Assembly (NCBI GenBank): GCA_964220215.1
Contig: CAXPTH010000021.1
Coordinates: forward strand, 926-64,925
DNA length: 64,000 nt
Source: Alteromonas sp.
GTDB lineage: Bacteria > Margulisbacteria > Marinamargulisbacteria > UBA6595
Direction of reading: 5' to 3'
Shown: piece by piece, positions 1 to 8,832 of the stretch
Layout of the letters: each line of letters opens with the position of its first letter
Numbering within the stretch: position 1 is the stretch's first letter
Position numbers and translations under genes: made by a program
Notes under the pieces: generated by a model
Databases searched by the model: none
What the model was told of the DNA's origin: nothing
Seen by the model: only the letters and a program-made list of their open reading frames with translations

Positions 1-245
1 CTGCTGAAGTTCCGGTGATCGCCCATGCCGTTGGCGGCATCCCCGAACAAATTACCCACAATCAAACCGGTCTTTTAATCACCAAGAACATCGCTCGTGA
101 ATGGGCAAGTGCAATCCAGTATTTATACGATAATCCGGACCAGCACCAATCGCTGGCCACGGCCGGAAAACACAGCGCTCAGCGATTTGATATCCAAATG
201 ATGACTCGGTCAATCGAAGCAGTGTATGCGTCACTAGCCCCTTAA
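1..245 (+). CDS. Glycosyltransferase family 1, C-terminal fragment (5' end outside the window)
   Basis: Frame 3 is open from the window edge. AEVPVIAHAVGGIPEQITHNQTGLLI fits the GT-B/GT1 C-terminal sugar-nucleotide binding motif. ORF track 15..245. Confidence 0.7.
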   Translation, partial: AEVPVIAHAVGGIPEQITHNQTGLLITKNIAREWASAIQYLYDNPDQHQSLATAGKHSAQRFDIQMMTRSIEAVYASLAP

Positions 246-298
246 CACATGCTATTATTGCGTTATGTATGCACTTGCATAATTAGGGTATAGCCCCG

Positions 299-618
299 AT
301 GACGATACTTGAAAACAAATTAGGCATTACCAACCAGCAACACGCATCTGGCTGGATTTAATACTGAAGCACGCAATCAAACAGGTCATCGATTGGAATC
401 AAATCGACAAAGACGCCTATCTATCCGCCATGCAGCGCAGCGTCGTCAACGACCTAGACATCAAAACCCTGCTCAAGCATGCGTTAACCGATGCCATCAA
501 CGATCGTACCCTGTTCATGACCGGCATTGACGTGAGTTATTTTTACGAAGGCTACTGTGAATTTAATATACCTTGTATTATGGGACAATCATTCCCAAAT
601 TACAAGGTAAACTCATAA
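299..618 (+). pseudogene. Fic-domain protein pseudogene (internal deletion plus frameshift, catalytic core missing)
   Basis: MTILENKLGITNQ (299-337, frame 2) aligns to residues 1-12 of the intact Fic at 58046..58651. From 340 in frame 1, TRIWLDLILKHAIKQVIDWNQIDKDAYLSAMQRSVVNDLDIKTLLKHAL...GIDVSYFYEGYCEF aligns to its residues ~122-196. The HPFREGNGR segment is absent. Confidence 0.75.
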
Positions 619-642
619 CCCCACATCATCGCTTTGGGCACA

Positions 643-2025
643 CTACCGCCCATACACATCCTCAACGCGGACAATGTCATCTTCCCCCAAATAGCTGCCC
701 AGTTGGGTTTCGATAATCACCACCGGTTTGTCTGTTTTATTGGTTAAGCGATGCGTAGCACCCGTGGGAATAAACACCGTTTGACTGACGCCATAATCGT
801 GGCAAGCGGCGTCAATCTCAATGGTCGCCACCCCAGCCACGACTACCCAATGCTCCTCCCGGTGGTGATGGTACTGCAAAGACAACACACCCCCGGGATT
901 TACCGTGATTTTTTTGACTTTGTACCCATCGGCATCCACCAACACATCAAACCGCCCCCACGGCCGTTGCTCCCACCGTGTCGTTTGCTTTAACTGGGGA
1001 TATGCCGTTCGAACGGAATCAATAAGGGCTGGAACACTATCGGAGTCTTGGCTAATTAATAACGCATCGCCCGTATCCACGATCACCGCATCGTGAATAC
1101 CATTTAAAGCCACCACTTTATCCGGACACGCCACACTGTTTCCACTGGAATTTTGGGCCATCACCGTCGTGCCCGATTGCACAAAATTGCCATCATCCGT
1201 TTGGGGAAACAAGCCACCCAAGGCTCGCAAGGACCCCACATCCTGCCAATCAAACCGAACCGGCAAGCCCACCAAATTGGCACTGTGCTCCATAATGCCA
1301 TAATCAATGCTCAGATCCGGAAATTGGGCCATGCAATCGGGTTGAATGAATAGCGCCTGCTCCCCATAGTCCGCTGCTTTTAGCGCCAACATTGCTTGAG
1401 CCATGACCGCCGGCTGGCATCGCTCCAATTCGGCCAACAGACTTTGTTTGGAAAAACAAAAGAGTCCACTATTCCAAAAAAAAGTGGGCTGATTTACATA
1501 CCGCTCGGCTGTTTGAACATCCGGTTTTTCATGAAAAGCCACAATCGGACACCCCCCCAAACTCGCCGCTTCACCCATTTCCAAATACCCAAATCCCGTG
1601 TCCGGCCGCGTGGGCGTCACCCCAAACAAGACTATTTTTGCCTCTGTTTCAGCAATTAACATGGCCTGGTTCACCGCCGCTTGATACTGATCCACATCCC
1701 CAATACAATGATCCGACGGCGTAACTATAAACAAGGCATCCGAATCCGATGTCGCCAACACCGCCAAGGCAATCGCCGCCAATGTATTGCGGGCCATCGG
1801 CTCCACAATTAATGGGGCCGATACACAGTCTTGAACCAAATGCACGTGCTGCCGATTGGTCACCACCACCGTTTGATCCACAAGCCCCTGATGCCGATCC
1901 ACCGTATCAAACAACAACGACTTGCCATTCAATACGGGTAAAATGGGTTTGGGATAATTTTCCCGAGACAAGGGCCACAACCGCTTACCATGCCCCCCGC
2001 ACAGCACAACGTGATAGCGCCGCAT
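643..2025 (-). CDS. manC: Mannose-1-phosphate guanylyltransferase / mannose-6-phosphate isomerase (bifunctional type II PMI-GMP)
   Basis: 460 aa. N-terminal nucleotidyltransferase motif VVLCGGHGKRLWPLSR. C-terminal cupin motif QYHHHREEHWVVVAGVATIE. Confidence 0.9.
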   Translation of the reverse strand: MRRYHVVLCGGHGKRLWPLSRENYPKPILPVLNGKSLLFDTVDRHQGLVDQTVVVTNRQHVHLVQDCVSAPLIVEPMARNTLAAIALAVLATSDSDALFIVTPSDHCIGDVDQYQAAVNQAMLIAETEAKIVLFGVTPTRPDTGFGYLEMGEAASLGGCPIVAFHEKPDVQTAERYVNQPTFFWNSGLFCFSKQSLLAELERCQPAVMAQAMLALKAADYGEQALFIQPDCMAQFPDLSIDYGIMEHSANLVGLPVRFDWQDVGSLRALGGLFPQTDDGNFVQSGTTVMAQNSSGNSVACPDKVVALNGIHDAVIVDTGDALLISQDSDSVPALIDSVRTAYPQLKQTTRWEQRPWGRFDVLVDADGYKVKKITVNPGGVLSLQYHHHREEHWVVVAGVATIEIDAACHDYGVSQTVFIPTGATHRLTNKTDKPVVIIETQLGSYLGEDDIVRVEDVYGR

Positions 2026-2831
2026 TATGGAATCAGGGGCCCGCGTTGCGCCAACAAAGCCGCCACATCCACCGACCGCTTAATGCCCGATTGCATGTGT
2101 GTGGTTTCCAAACCATTAATATAGCCATTGAAATACCGCCGCCGTAATTTTAAATAGAGCGAGGAATCTGCACCCCCATACACAAACGTCCGGTCCGCCG
2201 GAAAGAGCCGATTATCACACAACCGCCACAATTTTTCGCCCGATACCGCAAACAACGGCCCCGCAACCGTGCACAGCGTTGGTTTTGAAATGCGATACGT
2301 TTGCCCATCCGTCGCCGTCAGCGTGCGTGGCGGAAACCATACATTGCGTTCCGGATTGCAATTGTTGTTTGTGTAGCGCATCCCCAACATGCCACACTGA
2401 GGCAAGGTTTCCGACGCCTGTACCAATTGATTAAAGTCCGATACCGAAAACAGGACGTCTGGATCCATAGACAAGACTGTTTTGGGTAAATTGTTGGCAT
2501 GAATATACTTTTTAAAAAAGAAGTTAGACGCCAATGTCTGGCCAAAATTAAAAGGCAAATCCACACACATACACTGCGGATGCTCAAAGCGATAAAACAA
2601 ATCGCGAACTGCCGGATCCGGACTATCGTTGTGAATAACTAAACAATAGGTATTGGGGCGATCCGCAATGGCCGCCAACAAATCCTGCATCGCCAATTGA
2701 ATAATATCTGGATACCGATACCATACCGACACCACCAACGTCGCCCCATGCAACTGCTGGGCAATATGGGCATTGCGACTATGCGGTGTTTGGGTGTCTG
2801 ATGTTACTTGATTCATTTCCTTCTTTTTCAT
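2025..2831 (-). CDS. Putative glycosyltransferase (GT-A-like), otherwise hypothetical
   Basis: 268-aa ORF overlapping the manC start by 1 nt. Has a Rossmann-like N-terminus (LVVSVWYRYPD...VIHNDSPDP) and a DPD (DxD-like) motif. The assignment rests mainly on context and is weak. Confidence 0.4.
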   Translation of the reverse strand: MKKKEMNQVTSDTQTPHSRNAHIAQQLHGATLVVSVWYRYPDIIQLAMQDLLAAIADRPNTYCLVIHNDSPDPAVRDLFYRFEHPQCMCVDLPFNFGQTLASNFFFKKYIHANNLPKTVLSMDPDVLFSVSDFNQLVQASETLPQCGMLGMRYTNNNCNPERNVWFPPRTLTATDGQTYRISKPTLCTVAGPLFAVSGEKLWRLCDNRLFPADRTFVYGGADSSLYLKLRRRYFNGYINGLETTHMQSGIKRSVDVAALLAQRGPLIP

Positions 2832-2849
2832 GGTACCATATTATTTATA

Positions 2850-4895
2850 ATGAGTGTGAGCATGTTAACCATCGCAACCGGTATTATTATCAGCATTGGC
2901 ATTCTGGGCCTGTGTTTAATTCGGCACGATACCCAATCCATATTCACGCCAAGCAGCGATGTTGCCCGACTCATTGGACTCATCCAAAACGGGTTGCGGG
3001 TCTTTCGAAACCGCAGCTTGATTAGCATGGCACAAATTATTCTTTATCTCAGCGTGCTTCTGGTTGGGTTATCCCTAGTGATCGAACACCCTTTGTCCAT
3101 TTGGCCCTATTTGATTGCCTTTGTGTTGGGCGGCAGTATTATGAGTGCCATTGGCATTGGCATGCAACCGATATTTATCCGACTATTGCCCGCCATTATT
3201 CACCGCGCCAATCGCCAACTATCCCCCAGCCTCAGCACCACCTACTCAGCCTGCGTCGGAATTGGCTTAGTTAGCACCAGCGCGCTGACATTGGGTTTAA
3301 TGGGCTGCTACACCTGGTTGGGAGCAACGCCCTTGGTGGGCTACGGGGTGGGTTGTGTGTTGGTGGCCTTCGTGTGGCGCATCGCCGGTGGCATCTTTAA
3401 ACCGGCTTCGGATATTGCCTCGGATTTTGTGAACACCAAGTCGGTATCCGATGGACGCAACGTGGCCATGATTTTAGATACAATGGGCGATTTTATTGGG
3501 TCATTTTTAGGCTTTGGGATTGATCTGCTCAGTGCCTTTGTTTTTGCCTTAGTTGGCTGTTGTTTGTTTGCCATTAGCCTGTACCAGTCTGGGGTCATTC
3601 ACGCCGATACCTACATCATGCTCATGGAACTGCCCTTTACAATTGTAGCGATTTCACTGTGCATCGGAGCCGCTAGTTATTTCTGGGCACGGTATCGAAT
3701 CACAAAACGCCCCAATAATATTTTGCTGGAAACCCTCTACATCACCCTCATTATTAGTGCCTTAATTATCTATGTCTTGATTAATAACGTATGGGTGGAC
3801 ACCACCTTCAAATCCGTGTGGATCAACGACCAACGCCTATCGTTGTTAATTCCCTATTTGATCGGCCTCGTGGGCGCCTTGATCATCAGCTTTACCTCCG
3901 AATACATGAGTGCGCCTTACTTTTCGCCCAACAAAACCGCCAGCAAACGCATCGAATTTGGCAGCTCCCTCACCCTACTGCATGCCCTGAGCGACGGGTT
4001 TAAAAGCCATGCCATTCAAGTGAGTTATGTGTTTATTATTATGGGCAGCAGTGTGTATTATGCCGGGATTTATGGGGTGGCCTTTGCCAGCTTGGGCATG
4101 CTGTCTATGACCCCCCAGTTGGTCGCCATTGTTAGCTTTAAAGCCTTAACTGGCAGTTTGTATAAACTATCGAATTTGGCTAAATTGCCCCATATTGAAA
4201 GCAAAAATATTAAAAAACTATACAGCATTAGCCAAACCACCATTGCCCTTGGCAATAGCTTTAATACCAGTGCCGCTACGATTGCCTCAGCCGGCTTATT
4301 TCTCGCTTTGTTGCTCATTGTGACCCCGGACACTAGCCTTAGCATGACCCTGACCCCCACACTCGTTGTTGGGCTATGTGTGGGGATTACGGCTCCGTTT
4401 GTCATCCGATCCAGTCTGCTCAGTGGCATGGTGCATGTGGCCATTAAACTGATCGAAGAAGTGAATCGCCAATTGCGTGACATCCCGTATCTGAAAGAAA
4501 ATAAAGCCACTCCCGATAGCGTCACAGCCACAGACCAAGCCTGCCGGCACATCATGGGCATGCTCGCCATCCCGGGCTTGCTGGTCACCCTGCTGCCTCT
4601 GGTCATGGGCTATGCCCTGGGCGCCCCTGCCGTTTTGGGATTTAGCCTGGGTATTTTGATCAACAATCTGATCCAAACCTACTACTGGTCCAATACTGGC
4701 GAAACCCTCGGGCATATTAAAACAACCATTGCCTCCGGCCGCCTGGGTGGCCCCCAAAGCACAAACTTCACCGCCATTGTGCGCGCCGATGCCATGGGCG
4801 ATGCGTTTAAGGACTTGGTGGGGCCCCACGGCAGCATTATATTAAAATGCGCAACTATTATTTCAGCACTTTTAATGGTATTATTGGCTCTATGA
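2850..4895 (+). CDS. hppA: Membrane-bound pyrophosphatase (M-PPase/HppA) family protein, highly divergent
   Basis: Polytopic membrane ORF. RIAGGIFKPASDIASDFV...GRNVAMILDTMGDFIGSFLGFGIDLL and the C-terminal ADAMGDAFKDLVGPHGSIILK align to M-PPase signature blocks. Start moved to the ATG at 2850 to avoid overlapping the divergent gene; 2808 is also possible. Confidence 0.7.
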   Translation: MSVSMLTIATGIIISIGILGLCLIRHDTQSIFTPSSDVARLIGLIQNGLRVFRNRSLISMAQIILYLSVLLVGLSLVIEHPLSIWPYLIAFVLGGSIMSAIGIGMQPIFIRLLPAIIHRANRQLSPSLSTTYSACVGIGLVSTSALTLGLMGCYTWLGATPLVGYGVGCVLVAFVWRIAGGIFKPASDIASDFVNTKSVSDGRNVAMILDTMGDFIGSFLGFGIDLLSAFVFALVGCCLFAISLYQSGVIHADTYIMLMELPFTIVAISLCIGAASYFWARYRITKRPNNILLETLYITLIISALIIYVLINNVWVDTTFKSVWINDQRLSLLIPYLIGLVGALIISFTSEYMSAPYFSPNKTASKRIEFGSSLTLLHALSDGFKSHAIQVSYVFIIMGSSVYYAGIYGVAFASLGMLSMTPQLVAIVSFKALTGSLYKLSNLAKLPHIESKNIKKLYSISQTTIALGNSFNTSAATIASAGLFLALLLIVTPDTSLSMTLTPTLVVGLCVGITAPFVIRSSLLSGMVHVAIKLIEEVNRQLRDIPYLKENKATPDSVTATDQACRHIMGMLAIPGLLVTLLPLVMGYALGAPAVLGFSLGILINNLIQTYYWSNTGETLGHIKTTIASGRLGGPQSTNFTAIVRADAMGDAFKDLVGPHGSIILKCATIISALLMVLLAL

Positions 4896-5674
4896 AATCG
4901 CGTCTAATCATTGGGAATTGGAAATCGTATTTGGGGCTAACCGATGGCATCGCCTTAGCCAAAGCCTTGGTGGATCACCACGTTCCGCAGGCCAACCAAA
5001 TCGTGGTTATTTGCCCCCAATTCCCGTTGCTGGGTGCCATCAGCCAAGTATTGCCTTTTCACCAACAAACATCCAACGGAATTTTGCTGGGTTCCCAGGA
5101 TATTTCAGCCTGGGATGCCGGCGCTCATACCGGTGACGTGTCCCACAGCCTTCTGAACGATTTGGGCTGCCAGTATAGCATTATTGGCCATTCGGAACGC
5201 CGCCAAGGCAACCAAGAAACCGATGCTATGCTAAAAGAAAAACTCGTGATGGCCATAAACAACGGCATCACCCCCATCCTTTGCGTAGGCGAACCCTTGG
5301 ATGTCTACCAAAGCAAACAAACACTCGCCTTTATTGAAGCCCAACTAACGGCTGTGTTTTCAGACTTTCCCGCTATTCCGGATCAATTGATTATTGCCTA
5401 TGAGCCCATTTGGGCCATTGGGAGCAATATTATCCCCAGTTTATCGGAAATCGAAACCGTGCATCAACACATTAACAAGGCCCTCCAGCAGTTGTTTCCC
5501 GTAACCCCCAGTGAGTCGATTCGCGTCATTTACGGCGGGTCGGTTAACGCAGACAACTGCAAAAGCATAATCCAACAACCCAGTGTGGATGGGTTTCTCG
5601 TTGGGCGAGCCAGCGTCTCTGAGCTGGATTTTTTGAGCATTATTGTGAATAGTAATAAGGAGTTTACATCATGA
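4892..5674 (+). CDS. tpiA: Triosephosphate isomerase
   Basis: Motifs IIGNWKSY, IIGHSERR, AYEPIWAIGS and YGGSV. ATGA overlap with the upstream stop at 4892-4895. Confidence 0.9.
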   Translation: MKSRLIIGNWKSYLGLTDGIALAKALVDHHVPQANQIVVICPQFPLLGAISQVLPFHQQTSNGILLGSQDISAWDAGAHTGDVSHSLLNDLGCQYSIIGHSERRQGNQETDAMLKEKLVMAINNGITPILCVGEPLDVYQSKQTLAFIEAQLTAVFSDFPAIPDQLIIAYEPIWAIGSNIIPSLSEIETVHQHINKALQQLFPVTPSESIRVIYGGSVNADNCKSIIQQPSVDGFLVGRASVSELDFLSIIVNSNKEFTS

Positions 5675-6249
5675 AATACACACCCGTTATCGGCGCTTTA
5701 TTGGCCATCCCATTCATTACTGGATTTTTTGGTGGCGGTGACAATCCCATGATTCGTATGGAAACCAGCAAAGGCAGCATCACCATTGAATTATTCAAAA
5801 AGGAAGCCCCCAAAACCGTTGAGAATTTTTTGGCCTACGTGGACAGCGGTCATTTTGACGGCACAATCTTTCACCGCGTTATTCCCGGGTTTGTCATTCA
5901 AGGTGGCGGTTACACCGAAACGTTTGATGAAAAAGACACGCAAGCGCCCATTAAAAATGAAGCAACCAACCAACTAAGCAATAAACGTGGAACCCTGTCC
6001 ATGGCCCGAACGAGCGATGTGGATTCAGCCACAAGCCAATTTTTTGTAAACTTAGTCGACAACACCATGCTGGACCACCGAGACGAAAGCCGAGCCGGTT
6101 ATGGCTATTGTGTGTTTGGCAAAGTTGTAGAATCGGATCTGGATGTGGTTGATGCGATTGCTGGCGTTGATACGCATACCCAAGGCTATCACCAAGATGT
6201 ACCCGTTGAACCGGTTGTCATTGAGTCTGTGACCCGCATTGACGACTAA
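5671..6249 (+). CDS. Peptidyl-prolyl cis-trans isomerase, cyclophilin type, with N-terminal signal/anchor
   Basis: FHRVIPGFVIQGGG, SMARTSDVDSATSQFF and YCVFGKV are cyclophilin motifs. Hydrophobic N-terminus. ATGA overlap with tpiA. Confidence 0.9.
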   Translation: MKYTPVIGALLAIPFITGFFGGGDNPMIRMETSKGSITIELFKKEAPKTVENFLAYVDSGHFDGTIFHRVIPGFVIQGGGYTETFDEKDTQAPIKNEATNQLSNKRGTLSMARTSDVDSATSQFFVNLVDNTMLDHRDESRAGYGYCVFGKVVESDLDVVDAIAGVDTHTQGYHQDVPVEPVVIESVTRIDD

Positions 6250-6254
6250 ACCCT

Positions 6255-7259
6255 GTGGGCGCCGATAACCGCAACTACAACGACGGCATGGGCGACATGC
6301 AAGGCTACCGAACCATGCCCAATTTCAAATGGTTTCGACTCGCTGTTGTGAGTATTGTTATGATTATAAGCACCATTGCCTTGGTGTTTTTAGGGCATTT
6401 TGTGTCCTCGAAAAACCAACCAACCCGACCCCTAACCGTTCCAGCTTCCGTACCCCCACCCGCTGTTATAGAACCCACCACCGAAAACCCAATGCCACGG
6501 GTGCCCGAACGGTTTGACTATAAGCTCATTACCAGCACCCATCTTGGGTACCAAGCGGCTGAAACACACGCCAACCAATTCGCTACGAAAGGCATTGAAT
6601 CGTATATTTGGGAAGTAAACCAAGCCGACCCCCCCTTGTATGCGATTCAACTGGGGGCCTACCCCACACGCAGTGACTGCGACAGCCAAGTCCTCCGGCT
6701 CAAAAAAACCGGCATTTTGGCTCGGTGTTGGCACCCTGCTGATGGATTTGACGGCTTTCATGTCGATAAACCCAAACCCACCACCTATTACAAAGTAATT
6801 TTGGGGGCATTTCCCAATTATGCAGCCGCTCAAGCAGCCAGCGCTGGCCTGTCCCCCTATATTTGGGAAAACAACGGCATTTACGTTGCTCAAGTGGGCG
6901 CCTATTCCACAGAGAATGAAAGCCAAGCCGCCGTTGAAAAACTCGCCAAACGGGGCATCATTAGCTACGTTTGGCAAGAACGCGACGGATTTGATGCCAT
7001 TCGAAACCGAGCGGTTTCAACCCCACCCCCCAAACAAAATTACCATGTTGTTATGGGCGTATTTAAAACGCAAGAATTAGCCAAACAAAAAGCATCCAGC
7101 ATCGCCAGTATAACCAACTACATTATTTGGGAAAACGCATTGGGCGATAAAACGGTGTATCGCATTTTGTTGGGATCCTACACAAGCAAAGCCGATGCGA
7201 AAACCAAACAAAAGGAACTAAATACCCAAGGCATTCAGTCCTTTGTTATTTTTGAATAA
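6255..7259 (+). CDS. SPOR-repeat (peptidoglycan-binding) membrane protein
   Basis: N-terminal TM segment (FRLAVVSIVMIISTIALVFLG), a P-rich linker, then about 4 SPOR-like repeats (YAIQLGAY..., YKVILGAF..., YVAQVGAY..., YHVVMGVF..., YRILLGSY...). The start (GTG at 6255) is uncertain. Confidence 0.7.
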   Translation: MGADNRNYNDGMGDMQGYRTMPNFKWFRLAVVSIVMIISTIALVFLGHFVSSKNQPTRPLTVPASVPPPAVIEPTTENPMPRVPERFDYKLITSTHLGYQAAETHANQFATKGIESYIWEVNQADPPLYAIQLGAYPTRSDCDSQVLRLKKTGILARCWHPADGFDGFHVDKPKPTTYYKVILGAFPNYAAAQAASAGLSPYIWENNGIYVAQVGAYSTENESQAAVEKLAKRGIISYVWQERDGFDAIRNRAVSTPPPKQNYHVVMGVFKTQELAKQKASSIASITNYIIWENALGDKTVYRILLGSYTSKADAKTKQKELNTQGIQSFVIFE

Positions 7260-7271
7260 ATAAATTAAAAC

Positions 7272-7300
7272 TTGACGTTATTCTCCAGGCTCGGTACACT
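7272..7300 (+). promoter_or_regulatory. Candidate sigma70-type promoter upstream of comM/yifB
   Basis: TTGACG (7272-7277), 17-nt spacer, TACACT (7295-7300). Lies only ~8 nt before the ATG at 7309, so the mRNA would be nearly leaderless. Confidence 0.3.
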
Positions 7301-7308
7301 GAGTCATT

Positions 7309-8832
7309 ATGGCTTTATCCAAAACCTTGGGCACAACATTATCCGGCATTGACGCCATACCCATTGTTATTGAAATTGACGCCCACAACGGGCTGCCTGG
7401 CGAAACCATTGTTGGCTTGCCCGATACCGTTGTTAAAGAAAGCCGTATTCGCATTCGATCCGCCATCAAACAGTCTCAGTTTAAGTACCCGCTGCAAGCC
7501 TATACGATTAACTTGGCCCCAGCTGAAATTAAAAAAGAGGGCCCTTTACTTGATTTGCCAATTGCCATGGGAATTTTACAAGCCACCGGCCAACTGCCTG
7601 CCGATGAAGCCTCCTTGTTTGTGGGCGAGCTAAGCCTAGGCGGCGCCCTTCGGCCGGTTCATGGCATTGTCTCCATTTGCGATATGGCCAAAGCCAACAA
7701 AATTGCCCGTGTCTTTGTCCCCGCCGACAATTACCATGAAGCCGCCTTGATTAAAGGCATTCACATTATTCCCATTCAAAGCATCATGGATGTATGCGAA
7801 TACTACCAAACCGGAACCGTCCCTCAGCAACCCCCTAAACCCACGCGTTTGGTTGCCAGTGCCACCCAGCTAGACTATGCCGATGTTCGGGGCCAACACA
7901 TGGGCAAACGCGCCTGTGAATTGGCCGCCGCTGGCCGACACAATATTTTATTCATTGGCCCTCCCGGATCGGGCAAGACCATGTTAGCCAAACGATTGCC
8001 CAGCATTTTGCCCAAGCTGACCCACGATGAATCCATTGACGTGTATAAACTCATGAGTATATCTCGGCACAAACTTGATGGGGATACGCCCTGCCAAGAC
8101 CGGCCGTTCCGAGACCCCCACCACACCATTTCCTACGCCGGCATGGTGGGCGGTGGCCGATCCCCACGCCCCGGAGAAATTAGCCTCGCCCACCACGGCA
8201 TTTTGTTTTTAGACGAACTGCCGGAATTCCAACGCCCAGTCTTAGAAGCCTTGCGACAACCATTAGAATCCCATGCCATTACCGTATCTCGGGCCAATTT
8301 TTCACTAAACTATCCCGCCAATTTTATGCTTGTGGGCGCCATGAACCCCTGCCCATGCGGCTACTGGGGCGATACCAAACAATCGTGTACCTGCCCCGAA
8401 TACAAACGCAAATGGTATTATCAAAAATTATCCGGCCCCTTGCTAGACCGAATTGACATTATTTGCACCATTCCACGACCCGATCAGGCGGCACTCATTA
8501 ACCCCCATGCCAGTCCAGACACCCAAACATCCCGTGTGATTAAAGATCGGGTTGCCATGGCCATCCAACGGCAACAGGCCCGCCGGACCCAGCCCAACGA
8601 AGCCCCCTGGCAAAATGCCCAACTCGCTATTCAAGAAGACTGCTTTGCGCTCAACGATAGCTGCCAACAACTGATGCACCACATTATGGACAAAGGACTG
8701 CTAACTGGACGAACATTTACAAAGTTAATTCGTGTCGCCCGAACCATTGCCGATCTCGCCGACAGCGACACCATTGAAACCCAACATATTACGGAAGCCT
8801 TACAGTTTCGGCAACTGCAACACGCTACTTAG
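7309..8832 (+). CDS. comM: YifB/ComM family Mg-chelatase-like AAA+ ATPase
   Basis: 507 aa. Lon-protease-like N-domain (GLPGETIVGLPDTVVKESRIRI), Walker A GPPGSGKT, FLDELPEF, and a C-terminal Mg-chelatase subunit ChlI-like region. Confidence 0.9.
   Translation: MALSKTLGTTLSGIDAIPIVIEIDAHNGLPGETIVGLPDTVVKESRIRIRSAIKQSQFKYPLQAYTINLAPAEIKKEGPLLDLPIAMGILQATGQLPADEASLFVGELSLGGALRPVHGIVSICDMAKANKIARVFVPADNYHEAALIKGIHIIPIQSIMDVCEYYQTGTVPQQPPKPTRLVASATQLDYADVRGQHMGKRACELAAAGRHNILFIGPPGSGKTMLAKRLPSILPKLTHDESIDVYKLMSISRHKLDGDTPCQDRPFRDPHHTISYAGMVGGGRSPRPGEISLAHHGILFLDELPEFQRPVLEALRQPLESHAITVSRANFSLNYPANFMLVGAMNPCPCGYWGDTKQSCTCPEYKRKWYYQKLSGPLLDRIDIICTIPRPDQAALINPHASPDTQTSRVIKDRVAMAIQRQQARRTQPNEAPWQNAQLAIQEDCFALNDSCQQLMHHIMDKGLLTGRTFTKLIRVARTIADLADSDTIETQHITEALQFRQLQHAT

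Noticed and set aside
4070-4829. Minus-strand ORFs 4070..4606 and 4374..4829
   Set aside because: They lie inside and antisense to the M-PPase-like gene. No motifs were found and the composition is biased.
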